In this document: positions 1 through 13,400 of the stretch, piece by piece
Layout of the letters: each line of letters begins with the position of its first letter
Position numbering within the stretch: the stretch's first letter is position 1
Origin: Octopus sinensis
Taxonomy: Eukaryota
Reading direction: 5' to 3'
Length of the DNA stretch: 64,000 nucleotides
NCBI RefSeq assembly: GCF_006345805.1
Contig: NC_042998.1
Span: 99,138,001 to 99,202,000 of the forward strand
Program-made: the position numbers and the translations under genes
Notes under the pieces: model-generated
Seen by the model: only the letters and a program-made list of their open reading frames with translations
The model's database searches: none
What the model was told of the DNA's origin: nothing

Positions 1-539
1 TAACATACTTAATTGACCTCACTGAGGCAGTGATTTCAATGTTGCAGTGGCATTTCAATGCTCTTAAAAGAGTTTCATTATAAGGTGCAACCCATTTGCT
101 GTTGTTTGTTTTTCCATTCTTATGAGATTCAACTCCTCCCTTGTAACTGATCTTTGTCTATAAAGAGATAGTCTCTCTGTCTGTTTTTCTGCCTTTTGGT
201 TAAGCTGGTAAAGATTAATATTTTATTTTAAATAAAATAGTAATTTTCCCCTTAAAGAAAAAAAAAATCAAGTACCCATGATTTAAAAGATATCTCATAA
301 AAATATAGGAAGAATTTCTATCTTTCAAGTTCATGGCACTCCAAAAGTTATATAAATGATCAAGGGAAGAAACAGAAAATAAGAAAAAAGGACAGCCGGT
401 GGTAGCTTTGACAACACTTTGAAGTGTTGACATTTTCAACTTGATTTTTTTTTCTTAAAGAGGGAATTGACTATCTTATTTGTAATCTTTATCATCTTAA
501 TCAAATGGCTTGAAAACAGGCAAACTTGAGTTTTAGAAT

Positions 540-543
540 AATA

Positions 544-610
<67 letters not shown>
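540..610. repeat. (TA)n microsatellite
   Basis: Near-pure TA run. Confidence 0.95.
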
Positions 611-611
<1 letters not shown>

Positions 612-613
<2 letters not shown>

Positions 614-1030
614 TCATTATTATCATCATCATCATTGTTTAACGTCTGTTTTACATTTTATCATGAATTAGACAGTTTGACTGGAGCTGATAAGCCGGAT
701 GCCCTTCCTAACATCTACCACTTTAAAGAGTGTGCTGGGTGTCTTTTACATAGCACTGGTATGGGTACTCTTTTATGTTTCACCAGCACAGGTGCCTTTT
801 ATATGTCACTGGCATGGGTGCCTTTTTAACATGTCACTAGCATGGGTGCTTTTTACGTGTCACTGACACTGATACCTTTCACACGTTACTGGCACGGGTG
901 CCTTTTATGTGTCATTGGCACTGGCCATGACCATGATTTCACTTAGCTTGACGTATCTTCTCAAGCACAGTAAATTATCAAAAGTCTCAGTCACTTGTCA
1001 TTGCCTGCATGTGACTCAACATCCGAAAAA
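612..1030 (-). mobile_element. RTE LINE 3' UTR fragment
   Basis: (CAT)n tail followed by GTTTAACGTC and GGATGCCCTTCCTAACA, the reverse complement of the RTE 3' ends at 15130-15273 and 42830-42986. Confidence 0.8.
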
Positions 1031-1339
1031 TATAAGAAAGGGAGATAATAAAGTAGTGGTGATCCTGAAACAGAGGTACACGTGCATATATATGTGAGAG
1101 TGTGTATGCGTGTGCATGTGGAAGGGGGCTGGTGACATTGACATGTGCATGTGTGCATCTGTAGGCATGTGGATGATGGTGTAGGTGCTGAGAAGTGGTC
1201 AGTGCTAGTGTGTGGGGGGTGGTGTGGTGTGGTGTGGTATGGTGATGTGGTGTGGTGTGTAGTGTGTGGTGTTGTGGTGTGGTTTGGTGGTGTGTGGTGT
1301 ATATTTATATTTACCTGTATATGTGTATATGTGCACTTA

Positions 1340-2300
1340 TGACACTTGATCAGCTACAACAATGATTATAGCTCCCTATCCGAGACAGGACAACCAGAAT
1401 GTGGAAGTATCGAGCATGTTTTTGTGCAATGGAAGGATACAAGATTGGCATTAAACCTATTGGTGATTATTTTTGAGGTCTTTGTTCAGGGAATCACTGA
1501 AGGATTGGAGTGGAGTGAGTTGTCTAGATTGCATGTGGATGACACTTGGATGCAGAAGTTTTAGGAGTAGTGAAGATCAGTATCATCTGCATAGGAGTAG
1601 GTTGGTGAGTATATAAAGCAGCGTGGATACAATATTGAACACTGAGGCACATCAGAAATAATAGAGCATTGGTCAGAGAGAGCTGCATTAGTGCACACTG
1701 TGATGGTGTGATCTAACAGAAAGCTTCTGTTAGAATGAGGTGGCTTATTTGCAGCTAATAGGTTTTGCATGCCAAAGTATTGGAGAATGTGTGTGTTGAT
1801 GACTGTCTCTATAATCTTCAAGATATTGGAATTGAGAGTAACAAGTCAATAATTTGTAGTGTCAATAATTGCTCTTGTTAGGTATAGGACACAGTGCAGC
1901 ATATTCGTAAAGATAGACTTTAATAAAGAGAGAAAGAAATTAAGAGAGACACTACCTAGGATAGTTGTTCACTTTGGTTTTTTTGATCAGAGGTCCTTCC
2001 ACACTTGGCATATATGTGTAAAAGTATAGGTGCTGATGAGCCTGATGGAGTTGAGAGTGATAGTTTTGGAGAAGATTTATTTAGTGTGCATTGTGTGAAG
2101 CTGAACTTAAAGAGTGTAACAAATGTAGGGAGTATCATTGTGAGAGTATTGAAAGGATGCAGGTGAGTTCATGAGCTCCATAATTCATGGTGGCTAACTG
2201 TAGATTTCAAGTTAAAGGTCTTCAAGGATTTGTGGTGGTTTTAAAAACTATCTAATTTATAGAGTTTGATTATTTTCTCCAGTGTTGTAGGCTGTATTAT
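1340..2300 (-). mobile_element. Degenerate non-LTR retrotransposon RT fragment
   Basis: ORF 1561-1821 has SDVPQCSIL (cf. SGVPQGS) and YADDT; boundaries approximate. Confidence 0.7.
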
Positions 2301-2484
2301 TTATCTGAACTGGCACCATGTATAAAGTACCCATGCTGGTCCCACATAAAAAACATCCATGCTAACACTATGTAAAAACCACCTGTGCTGGTGCCACATA
2401 AAAAGCATCCACTACACTCTGTAAAGCATTCAGCCAAAGAAACCATGGCAAAACAGACAATTAGAGCCTGGTGCAGATTTCTGG

Positions 2485-2590
2485 CTTGTTGTTGTTGTTA
2501 TTCTTGCTGTTGCTGCTGCTGTTGTTGTTGTTGTTGTTGCTGTTGCTGCTGCTGCGGCGGCGGAGGAGGAAGAGCAGCAGCAGCAGTCAC
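2485..2590. repeat. (TGT/TGC)n trinucleotide tract
   Basis: Source of the poly-C and poly-Q pseudo-ORFs; follows an RTE 3' UTR remnant. Confidence 0.9.
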
Positions 2591-2763
2591 AGCTATAATT
2601 CCATCAATGGAATTATAGTGATTTTGTATATATGAATTTTGGTTGTGTGGGCAGTGAACTACCATGCATAAGAGGATGGTTTTTGTCATGTTAGTTCTCT
2701 CTGAGAAGGGTGAAGTGAGAAAATTATTAATATCATTAAAAATTTTTAATAATAACATATTAA

Positions 2764-3043
2764 TCATCATCATCATTTAGCGTCCGTTTTCCATGCTAGC
2801 ATGGGTTGGACGGTTCAACTGGGGTCTGGGGAGCCCGAAGGCTGCACCAGGCCAGTCAGATCTGGCAGTGTTTCTACAGCTGGATGCCCTTCCTAACGCC
2901 AACCACTCCGAGAGTGTAGTGGGTGATTTTATGTGCCACCGACACAGGTGCCAGACGAGGCTGGCGAACGGCCACGCTCGGATGGTGTTTTTATGTGCCA
3001 CCGACACAGGTGCCAGATGAGGCTGGCGGACGGCCACGATCGG
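2764..3043 (-). mobile_element. RTE LINE 3' end
   Basis: (CAT)n plus CGTCCGTTTTCCATGCTAGCATGGGTTGGAC, matching the RTE terminus at 15230-15273. Confidence 0.85.
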
Positions 3044-3142
3044 ATATACAACGAAAATTCAGTTGCCACCTCTTCTAAGTTTTTCATAATGACTTTTTGA
3101 AATTATCTGAAGACTATGGATCTCTTATATTTCTGGTTTCAG

Positions 3143-3277
3143 CCACTACCCTCAGAGTTTATAAAACTTACTATTAATGGAGCTGATAATGAGAATGACG
3201 TTTTTGACAAGAAACTTCAAACAATGGAACTTTCTTCAGAGGCTTCTCATCTTAGGCTAAACACATTAACTTCTCAG
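3143..3277 (+). CDS. Probable coding exon (phase 0/0), PLPSEFIKLTING...LNTLTSQ; possibly an upstream part of the FAM228-like gene
   Basis: Acceptor tttctggtttcag, donor cag|gtaaaa, 135 nt open frame in unique sequence. Confidence 0.6.
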
Positions 3278-3659
3278 GTAAAAATGTAAAATTCACTTTT
3301 CTTAATCTCTTCTTGTTGCTATGATCACCAGCTTGTTTGTTTTTAATTCATGAATTTACATGAATTTAGTAAGTCATGTAGATCGGATTTTTATCAATTT
3401 GACTCTCAGTTACCTTTAAGGCAGCCCCTCTATTTTATCAGACTCACCACAAACTCAGAGAAAGGGTCAGATGAAATATATAAAGAAAAGCTGAAATATA
3501 TGAATATATTGTGACATTGAAGCATGAATTAATGCCTGCTTGAAACAATTATATTAGAATTACTTCAGGCATTAGCTAGAACATACACTACACCATGTTC
3601 TATATATATATGGTGCAAGAACTCACACCCTGCTGGTAGTGGTTTGCAAAAATCTTTTC

Positions 3660-6600
3660 AGAAGCTGAAAACAACCTATCAATTACCTTTCCCCTCTTCA
3701 GAACGTATCCTTACAGCCACTACAATCAATGTTTGCACAATAAAAGGTAGGTCTGGTGAGATTGCTGAAATGCTAGAACAGAGGTGTGTATATGTACACT
3801 GTGTACAAGAAGTAAGACAGAGAGGAGCCTCTACTAGCCACCTTATGGACAAGGAACACAGGTACAAGTTCTTCTGGGTAAGTAGCAGTGATGGCATGAG
3901 TGGTGTAGGCATACTCTGGCATAGAAATGGACAGAGAAAGTAATTGCAGTAGTCAGAGTGTGTAATAGGATTAAGTTAAAACTGATATTAGGTAATGCTA
4001 CAGTAACATTTATCTTGGCCTATGTTCCACAATCTGACTTGGCAGATAAATAGAAGGACCATTTCTGTGAGGTACTTCTGCAGATTATCTCAGTGATGAA
4101 TGACAATGTCCTTATTATTGTAGCTGGTGACTTCAGCAGACACATTGGGCAGCACTCCAATGGATTTTATGGTGTACATGGAGGTTTCAGCTTTAGAGGA
4201 AAGTACAAGGCTGTTGAAGTTCTGTGATGCAAATGATCTGATAATCTGCAACACTAACTTCAGAAAACCAGCCAGCCAGCTACCTGATGACCTATCAGTC
4301 TGCTGGACACACAAGCCAGATTAACTACATTCTCAACAGATGCTTGTGAATCCAAATTCCTTCTGTTGTGAAGAATGTACAACTCAACATAGATTGGTGA
4401 TTATTGACTTCAGATTCAGAGCTAGAAGGATACAGAGATGTAAACCAACTTGAAAAAGGAAGATTTGGAAGCCTAAAGATCTATTGAACAGACATTTACA
4501 GACGTTCTAACTGAAGTATTTAACAAGAAGGAGACACAGATGTATAACTGAGGATAAATGGAAGTTATTATGGGAAAACCTACCAAGTGCTACAGACTAA
4601 GAGTGATGTGGTTGGTGGAACAGTGAAGAGACTGGCTTGGGAAGATTAAGAGAGCAGAGGCAGTAGAGAACAATATCAGGTAGCTAGAAGAGAAGCTAGG
4701 GGACAAGTCTAATTAGCAAGAGGTTTGTCAATGTTCTATGGCATGAGGACTAGAGACATGAGATGTTCCAGATTACAAGGTAGTGTATCAGAGAAAATCA
4801 ACATGTTGTGCAGGGAAGTGTGTATGGATGGATAATGATATGCTTACATATTGTGATTTTTGATAGAAAGAGGCATGAAATGACTAATATGAAAGGTTAC
4901 TAAATGTGGAGAATGAATAGTAAAAAGAGAGTTTTTCTAATGTGAACCTGATAGAGGGTCTAGCCATTCTAGTTGACAGCAGTATGATAGACAAAGCAAT
5001 TAAGGATATGAAGACAGGAAAACCTTTTCGTCCACCAGGAATAGCTTCTGAGATGCTTAAAATAGCTGTGAAATCGAATTCAGCCTATAGAACCTGTATA
5101 GTTAATCAGATTGTTTAAAAAAGGTATCATATCCAGCAAGTGGTGTATCAGCATCATAGTCAACTGTTATAAGGATAAAGGAGAGGCCTTAGAGAAAAGT
5201 AATTATAAAGGTACCAAATTGTTGGACTAGGTCATGAAGGTTGCAGAAAGAGTTATAGCACAATTAATAGGAAGAGAATTAGTCTAGATGTGATGCAGTT
5301 TAGTTTTGTGTTGGGGAGAAGTACTACAGATGCACTCTTTCTAGTAAGGTAATTGCAGGAGAAATATTTAGCCATAAGGAAACTATTTTCCTTCTATCTA
5401 TCAAAGGAGGTACAAGCACTTTCACACATACACAAACACTACACAGTGTGATGGTATTTGTTGACTGGAAGAAAGCCTTCAGTAAAGTCCCTCATATCTG
5501 ATCTGGTGGTCAATGTGGAAGTTATAAGTTGATGAATGGCTGGTAAGAGCTTTTCAAACCATATACAGAAGTGCTGTCAATAGGGTAAGAATTAACAATG
5601 AGCACACCAATGAATTCAGTGTGCAGGTAGAAGTTCATCTGGCCTTGGTTCTCAGTTCCCTCCTATGCATTATAGGAGATTTAAGCTCTCTGCTGATGAT
5701 CTTGTTCTTATAGCTGAAACTGTAGCAGACTTAGAAGCAAAGTTCCAAGTATGGAAGCAAAACTTGGAATCAAAAGACCTTAAAGATATTTTAGTCTAAA
5801 TTTCTAGTAAGGAGGGAAACTGGCAGGACACTAATCAAATCAAGCAAATAGTCCTGTTCAATATAAAAGAAAGGTGTTGGTAGAAACTTCATATAGTGTA
5901 CTCAGTGCAAGTTATGAACATATAAGAAGTGCAGTGGAATAACAGGAAGGTTAACAGGGAAAGTAGACTTTGTTTGTAGCAGGTGCATTGTAATAATAAA
6001 CATTAAGGACACATACGAAATATATTTTCTTGAATGACCAAGAGGATTCTTAGAGGTAGTAGATAATTTCTTTTACTTAGGAGACTTAATTAGCAGTGTG
6101 TGTGTGTGTGGGGGGATGTTCTGAAAGTATTGTTGTTAGAAAAAGAACCAGCCGGAGAATGTTCAGAGAGCAATTATTTCTGTTGATTACAAAAGGCTTC
6201 TCTCTCAGAGTGAAAAGCAGATTGTATGATGTTTGTGTATAAACAGCAATGCTACATGATTGTGAAACTTGAGCTGTGAATGCAGAGGACATATTTAAAC
6301 TAGAATGAAATAAAGCTAGCATGATCTGCTGGGCATACAACATTAGTGAGCTGGTATAACAAAGTACAAATATTTAGTGAGAGCAGGAGAGCAGTCACTA
6401 ATTTAAAGTATGAAAGTGTTAGTGAAAAAGTCCATTAAATGTGCTTTTGAAAAGCATGTGTAAATGAATATCAGCTAGTGTTTTTAAACAAAACATTGTA
6501 ATTTTATTAAATTAGGAACAAGAGCTGACAAGTAACAAGAAGTGTAGCTTGTATATGAGTCAAGTAAAGCATTGTAACTAACTTTTGAACAAAATGATTC

Positions 6601-6880
6601 TGTTGGAAACCATTGTAAGCTAATATGTTGAGAGAAAAATTGGAAATAAGATGCATCAGATATAGTGTACAAGAGAGAAGATTGCCAGTAAGGCCATGTG
6701 ATGTGGATGGATGAAGACATCTGCATAAAAAGTGAAGATTGCTAAATAAGGATAGAACCTATAGAAGAGGGAGACCCAGAAAGGCTTGTGAGATGAAGTA
6801 GTGAAGACTAACATCAAGATGTGGAGCCTCGCAGAGGAGATAACAAAGGACCAAGATGATTGGCAATATGCTTGATAAGA
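3660..6880 (+). mobile_element. Old degenerate near-full-length RTE LINE (APE endonuclease + RT)
   Basis: TINVCTIKGRSGEIAEMLEQR..CVQEVR and LLKFCDANDLIICNTNFRKPAS; colinear with the 39.5-42.9 kb copy; many stops. Confidence 0.88.
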
Positions 6881-7399
6881 TCTGTCCATCTGCAGAAAAA
6901 ATGAGGTCCTGTCAATCCTTCCCCTACAACTCATCTTCTAATTCCCATTCCTCTATCTTCTTACTACAGCACTACTAAGAGCTCTAAATGATAACATTTA
7001 TCTCCCTACACTTGACATCTTCTCATTAATAATCTCACTTATCACCCACTTCTCATGTTTGATCTACTCCTATTTCCTTCACTCTCCTACCCACAAACTG
7101 ATTCACCATTAACCATGCCTCCACCCATGGGTTCATTCACTGCATCCACCTTTATCCCCCTCCCCAGTCATTTGTCATTCTCCTTTTACATTCTTTCAAA
7201 CTTACCTATCCACCCACCCTTTTTGATCCTTTATCTCTATTCTCTCATATTCACCTTATACTTTGAGGGTATGCTCTCACTATCTCTTTACTCTCTTTCA
7301 AGCTGAGGAAGCCATGTATTCCTCTTCAGCAAGACTCCTGTTCTTGTCTGTCTATCATATAGATACTCAACACTACCTCTCTCAATGCTATACTTCCAC

Positions 7400-7730
7400 T
7401 CAGTTGAGATGTCTTGTGTTGTGAGTTATTTCATCATCTCACCAGTGCTAGTGCTATGAAAATGAATCCTGCACACTATGTAGAATGGTTGGCATCTGGG
7501 AGGGTAATCTGACCACAGCAGCCAAGCCATAGGAGAATTTGGAGCATGGCTTAGTCTTCTGGCTTGTTGCTTCCTGCCAAACCATCCAACCCCTGCCAGC
7601 ATAGGAAATGTGTGTAAGCAGCCAAGCCATAGGAGAATTTGGAGCATGGCTTAGTCTTCTGGCTTGTTGCTTCCTGCCAAACCATCCAACCCCTGCCAGC
7701 ATAGGAAATGGATGTTAAAGAGTGATGATA
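7400..7730 (+). mobile_element. RTE 3' UTR remnant containing a perfect 100-bp-period tandem duplication
   Basis: 7517-7610 is identical to 7617-7710; ends CCAGCATAGGAAATGGATGTTAAA..TGATGAT. Confidence 0.8.
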
Positions 7731-7941
7731 ATAATATATGCATGCATGTGTGTGTGTGTGCATACACACACACACACGCATGTATGCACACACACACACT
7801 ACATAATAGCCACTGCAATAAGGATTAAAGTGAATTTGGCTATTAGAGGATTTATTCAGTTCAAGGTGACTAAACAGATATAGTTTCCAATCTTATTTTG
7901 TCATGGAATATTTTTGTAACTAGTTATATTTCTCATTAAAG

Positions 7942-8064
7942 CCAATAATCCAGAGGATTGCACAAAGTCCATCAAGTATAGCAGTTGTTGAATCTGAAAC
8001 TACGGCTCCCTATACACTCCTTAAAACAGAATGTACTGCTAGAAAAAAGAAGATTAGTCATCAG
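7942..8064 (+). CDS. Probable coding exon (phase 0/0), PIIQRIAQSPSS...RKKKISHQ
   Basis: Acceptor atttctcattaaag, donor cag|gtaaaa, 123 nt open; downstream intron resembles that of exon 3143-3277. Confidence 0.6.
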
Positions 8065-9959
8065 GTAAAAATTAAGAATTCTTTTTTTGCTAATCTCATC
8101 TTGCAGCTTTGATCACCAGCAGACTAATAGCTTTTTATTTATTTAATTTGTTCATGATTATGAAATGCTTTGTTTAGATCTACAACACAATGACTAGCCA
8201 CTGAGAATTACAAATGTTAGGGACTGGAATTAATTAATTTGTTAGGGTTAATGAAGGAGTTTGAGGAAGCTATTCAACCTGTTCAGTGCGACAACTTAAA
8301 CTTGGCCAAAAAACTTGCTACTGAATTTACAAAAGCAAGCTGATGTTTTTAAGTTCTAAATGTTTGGAAAATATTCTTTTCTAAATCACAAGGATTCTTT
8401 AGGCTGATGCAAGCTTTTATATCTGGTTTCTTTTGTGTTAAAGCAAATCAGAGTTAACCTCCCTCTGCATAGGACACTGATCTGTTGCAAGTAGTTTTTA
8501 CATGGCATGAACTGAACTGATCACTGCAAACTAAGGAATCAGCCATGAATTATTACTGCTATTTATAGCAGTAAAATATACTTTCCTACAGTTTCTTCTT
8601 AGAATTAGGCGAACTCAGATGTTTGTAGTGAATTGTCTGCATTCAACACATTGCAGTGGTTGGCTTGTGATATGATATAAACTAAAACCTTTTGGGTTGG
8701 TCATCCAGCATCCTATTGATTGAACTAGGATTTTCCAAACTTTAGTAGGTGTAAGGGGCATTTACTGACAAAGTACTGTGGGCATCATAAAATATATAAA
8801 AACTGATATGCTTAAAAATATTATTGCTACAGATAGAATGTCATTTGGGTATACAATCATATAAGATGTAGAGACAATGTAGAGAGGACTCTTAAATCTT
8901 GGAGAAGACATGACAGCCTCTCTAGTGCTAGTGCTATGATAAAATTCATCTAATACCCAACTGGCATTAGGAAAGGCATCCAGAAACAGGAACCATTATC
9001 AAAATGGAACATAAAAGTAAGACATTATCCTCCTATTCATCTAAGTAAAAACTAACTTGAGTTTTGTCAACTCATCTAATCTTTACCAGTGCGGAAAGCC
9101 AATGTAAACTGACAACAATGGCAACAGCAAGGAGGAAGAGGACAGTGATGATGGCTTTTAAAATATTTTAATGTGATCCTTAACACTGCATTTCTTTGAC
9201 AAGAGTTTGAGTGTCTGGTTCATATTTTGTTTACACCATTCTCATGCAGCCAATAAGATGGGTATCAATTAGTTGTAATCACCCTACAGATTTTAAAATC
9301 ATTATCAAAAATCATAGCTTGAAAAGTCTCCTACATGACATTTTAACTACAAATCACTCTAGATTTTGCTTCATTTGAAAAGAAGAATAGTTTGGGGAGC
9401 GATGTCTTGCACTCATACATTTATAAATAGGTTCAAGATAAATGTGGATGGACCTACAACAGCAGTAAAATTAAAAATTGATCCTGGAAGTTAGCAGAAA
9501 CCGTCTATTGTTCTAAAATCAGACAACAGTTTTTAAACTTGAAAAATGTTGAACATTTTTGTTTGCTATCTGAGATCAGAATTATTAAGTTTCATTGTGA
9601 CATCATTCAAAAATGATAAATCAGCTAATCAACAGAAATCACAAAATTCACAGATTGCTTTGTCTTTACTTAATCAACAGACTTCCATGCATACAATGAT
9701 ATCACCTGACATGGCATCAACTTCTTTCAAAAGGACCTTAAACAGCCTGTGTTATAGAGCTCTACCTGAATGGAATTTATGATTTTAACAAAGATTATCA
9801 TGATGCAGTCATATATAGTAACTTTGGAACATAGAATCAGCCATGAATTATTAAAGTGCTAATGTTGAGCAATGATTAACTGGTAACTAATAAAAGATAG
9901 GAAAGTCTCAAGCTTCTTACAAAGAATAGCAAAACATATTTTTATTGTATCTCTTATGA

Positions 9960-10450
9960 TTGGGCTCGAATTTTCAGAGGAGGGAATAAGTCAATAACAT
10001 TGCTCCCCCATTGCTCAGCTGGTACTTATAAACCTTGAATGGATGAAAAGCAAAGTCAACCTTGGTGGAATTTGAACTCAGAACATTAAGATGGATGAAA
10101 TGCCACTAAGCACTTTGCTTGGTATACGAACAATTCTGCTAGCTCACTGCCCTGGAACTGACACTCTGTTATGACAATTGATCTGATCAATGGAAATTAA
10201 CATGCAAGTAGCTGAGCACTCCACAGACACATGCACCATTAATGTTATTCTCATGAAAATTCAGTGTGACACAGAATGTGACAAGGTTGGTCCTTTGAAA
10301 TACAGGTACTACTCATTTTTGCCATTTGAGGGGACTGGAGCAATGTAAAATAAAGTGTCTTACTCAAGGACATAGCATGTTGCCAGGAATCGAACTCATG
10401 ACCTTATGATCATGAACTGAATACCCTAACCACTGTGCCACACACCTTCC
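9960..10450 (-). mobile_element. Two adjacent tRNA-derived SINEs
   Basis: 9960-10150 is the reverse complement of the family at 21716; 10160-10450 has A/B boxes on the minus strand (GGCACAGTGG...GAGTTCGATTCC). Confidence 0.7.
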
Positions 10451-11899
10451 CCCTATCTCTTGTCATTGAAACTAACTTTTGAAAGTTGTGCATCATTTTC
10501 ACAAACAAAGTTCTTGAAAAGCTTAATATCCTTATCAAGCATTTTCCCTTTTTGAGGAATGATATTTTAAAAACCCCTTTTCTAATGTTGGCTGAGAAAT
10601 CCTTTCATGTGAAAAAGATCACTGAGCTAGGGAAAATTGACCGTCTCATTTAACTCAACAAACTGCCAAGTAACAAAAGAAGAGATGTCTTCATTTTTTT
10701 TTTTTTTTCAAAATCACATTTTACTTTGTTTTGTACATTTTGAAACATAGTTTGTATTCTGTAACTGTATTCCTTGAAGATGGTATGATTTTATTGCAAA
10801 TATAATATATCTACTTTATTTATGAAACAAAGCCATGTTAGCCACAAACATGTATTTTTTCATTACTTCCTACTGTCAACTTTTTTCTTTACCTTTTTTT
10901 TTTTTCAAGCACTTTGGCAACAATGGAAGAATGATGCTGAAAGTGAAATAAATTTTGTTGAAGTTTTTTTTTTCTGTTCACCAACCAACTCATTTTTCAA
11001 TTACTTTATCAACCAGCTCATTTTTCAGTTATTTGTATTTTAGTCTTTCTTAAGGTACTGTTAGCCTGATATTTAACATTACAATCTTTATGACAGGTTG
11101 AACAGTGGTATTCTATGTATATTTTCTTAAAATGCACTTCAGCACTGGGGCATATCAAGAAACCAGGCAAGCACACTTTTCTTTAAAACTAGTAAAAAAT
11201 ATTTGTCTTCCCATTTCCTCCTGAAAAAGCAGAGTTATGAATTGATTTCTTTCATGTCATCATGGATTAAAAGTTATAAAAGCAATACATTGATCATAGT
11301 TTAATTTTAAAAATCTCTCTGAAGGAACAAGAATTTGTCCTTCCTGTGACATCATCAGTAATAAACTGACCACTGTGTAGCAACAAAGTTATCACATGTC
11401 ACAATATTATTTGCATTTTTTTATAATTTATTAACACTTTGTTCAATAAATATAGAATAATATATTTCAGCACTACGGAACAACATGGTCCATTAATTTA
11501 CTTTCATTATTGAATGTTTTCAGTCTTTAAATGCAAACATCATTGAGCCTGTTAGAGGGATACACAATGTGGAATGTATATAGATGAATTGTACAAAAAT
11601 TACTCAAGTCTAATTATATGTATTTTCTCTACAATGTTTCCTGGTTATTTAGATAAATTCATGTGGTGGCAGTTCTATAGAGGAACTGTTGATGAAGGCT
11701 TGACAATATTTTAACTGCTATTTCCATGTTTCTATCCGACTTTGTATTATCCATATGGATTAGTTTCTCACTCTATATACATATTTTCATTGCTATTAAA
11801 CAAACATAAACAACTTAGTTGGTGCTCCAGCATGACCACAATCAAATGACCGAAACAAATGAAAAAGAAATAAAAAAAATTATAAAAATAAAAATATAT

Positions 11900-12124
11900 A
11901 GATTTAGTGTTCAGATTACTTTGTCATATGTAATATTTATTTATTTACATTGTTTTGAATTAATCATATATTATCTTGTACCTTTGAGATTTTGATAATG
12001 TGATAGTGTATTTTTAGAATGACATTGTTAGGTTAATATGAGAAGTCAGATCTGGCCAGTTTGAACATAAAACAGGTAGAAAATTTGGGCCTGATATGGC
12101 TAATTTAAATGCGAGTGGGTTAAA
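11900..12124. mobile_element. piggyBac-type MITE copy (degenerate)
   Basis: Same family as 23088-23315, 25120-25337 and 30386-30610; ends GGG|TTAA. Confidence 0.7.
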
Positions 12125-12179
12125 GACAGACTAGTCATTTTTGGTATGTATTTAACATCATTACTAGAATTTTTTACCA

Positions 12180-12430
12180 TTTATCTTTTATCTTTTATTT
12201 GTTTCAGTCATTAGACTGAGGCCATGCTGGGGTACCACCTTGAAGAATTTTTAGTCAAATGAATTGACTTTAGTACTTTTTTTTTTTTAAGCCTAGTACT
12301 TATTCTATCGGTTTATGTTGCTGAACTGCTAAGTTACGGGGACATAAATACATCAACACTGGTTGTCAAGCAGTGATGGAGGACAAACACAAACACACAC
12401 ACACATAGATGTGTGTGTGTGTGTGTATGT
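12180..12430 (-). mobile_element. SINE 3' half (family of 27005-27398)
   Basis: Reverse complement of the GGTGC..CAGCATGGCC..CAGTC..TGACTGAAAC tail and GTCCCCGTAACTTAGC body. Confidence 0.8.
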
Positions 12431-12444
12431 ATATACACCCTCAA

Positions 12445-12750
12445 TCTTACGACTGTGAGGTTGTGAGTTCAAATCCCGGACTGGGCTGCGTGTTGTGTTC
12501 ATGAGCAAGACACCTTATTTCACGTTGCTCCAGTTCACTCAGCTGTAGAAATGAGTTGCGACATCACTGATGCCAAGCTGTATTGGCCTTTGCCTTTCCC
12601 TTGGATAACACTGGTGGCATAGAGAGGGGAGGTCGGTATGCATGGGCGACTGCTGGTCTTCCATAAACAACCTTGCCCAGACTTGTGCCTGGGAAGGTAA
12701 CTTTCTAGGTGCAATCCCATGGTTATTCCTGACCGAAGGTGGTCTCCGCA
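12445..12750 (+). mobile_element. tRNA-derived SINE (related copy at about 61190-61480)
   Basis: B box GAGTTCAAATCC followed by TTGTGTTC..GAGCAAGACAC. Confidence 0.7.
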
Positions 12751-12762
12751 CATATATATATA

Positions 12763-13400
12763 CTAGCTGAGTGTCCTGGCATTGCCAGGATTGCTACTGT
12801 TCTTATTCAGATCAGTAAACAATAAATATGAAGATATATTTTATTTTTCATAATTATTTCAAAATGTCTATTCTTTATTTTAAAATATCCAAATTGTAAT
12901 GCTAATAGAATTTAGAACTGAAAATCTGTCAATCTTCAAGCACCTCAGGGTAAACAACATTCATTGAATAATTTTTTGTTAGTGACCAAATGAATAAATT
13001 ATTGCTACTTCCAACTCATGAGCAACCAGCATAGAGTTGGCCATGGGAGAAGCATGTAGTAGAGGGATCAACTCCAACTACCTTGAGGGATTGATCCTGA
13101 GATTTGTTAATTGAAATACCAAAACTTAGTTTGACTCCTAAACAACATAATGGGAGCACCCAGCTTTAGTGTCAAGTTGTGTGGTAGCATCCCATTGGGT
13201 TCAAGGGTGTTCAGCAATTCAACAGGGTATTGAACAGTCAGATCTTGATCAGCTGTTCTGTGAATTGATCAAAAAGTAATTTCTGGTGTATCTGTTAACT
13301 TTTGAAGAAGTTCATGATTGAGTTTATCAGCTATTTCATTAGTTGGAGCCAGTATAGCTCTTTCACATAACCAGTTTACAAAAGCGTAATTGACAGTCAC
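12763..13400 (-). mobile_element. Helitron 3' part with PIF1-type helicase fragments
   Basis: Minus strand reads ERAILAPTNE, PNGMLPHNLTLKLGAPIML and SINKSQDQSLKVVG..FSHGQLYAGCS*V; subterminal palindrome TCCTGGCATTGCCAGGA (12774-12790) and terminal CTAG (12763-12766). Confidence 0.88.

Noticed and set aside
2385-2776. Poly-Cys and poly-Gln ORFs
   Set aside because: Trinucleotide microsatellite without convincing splice context
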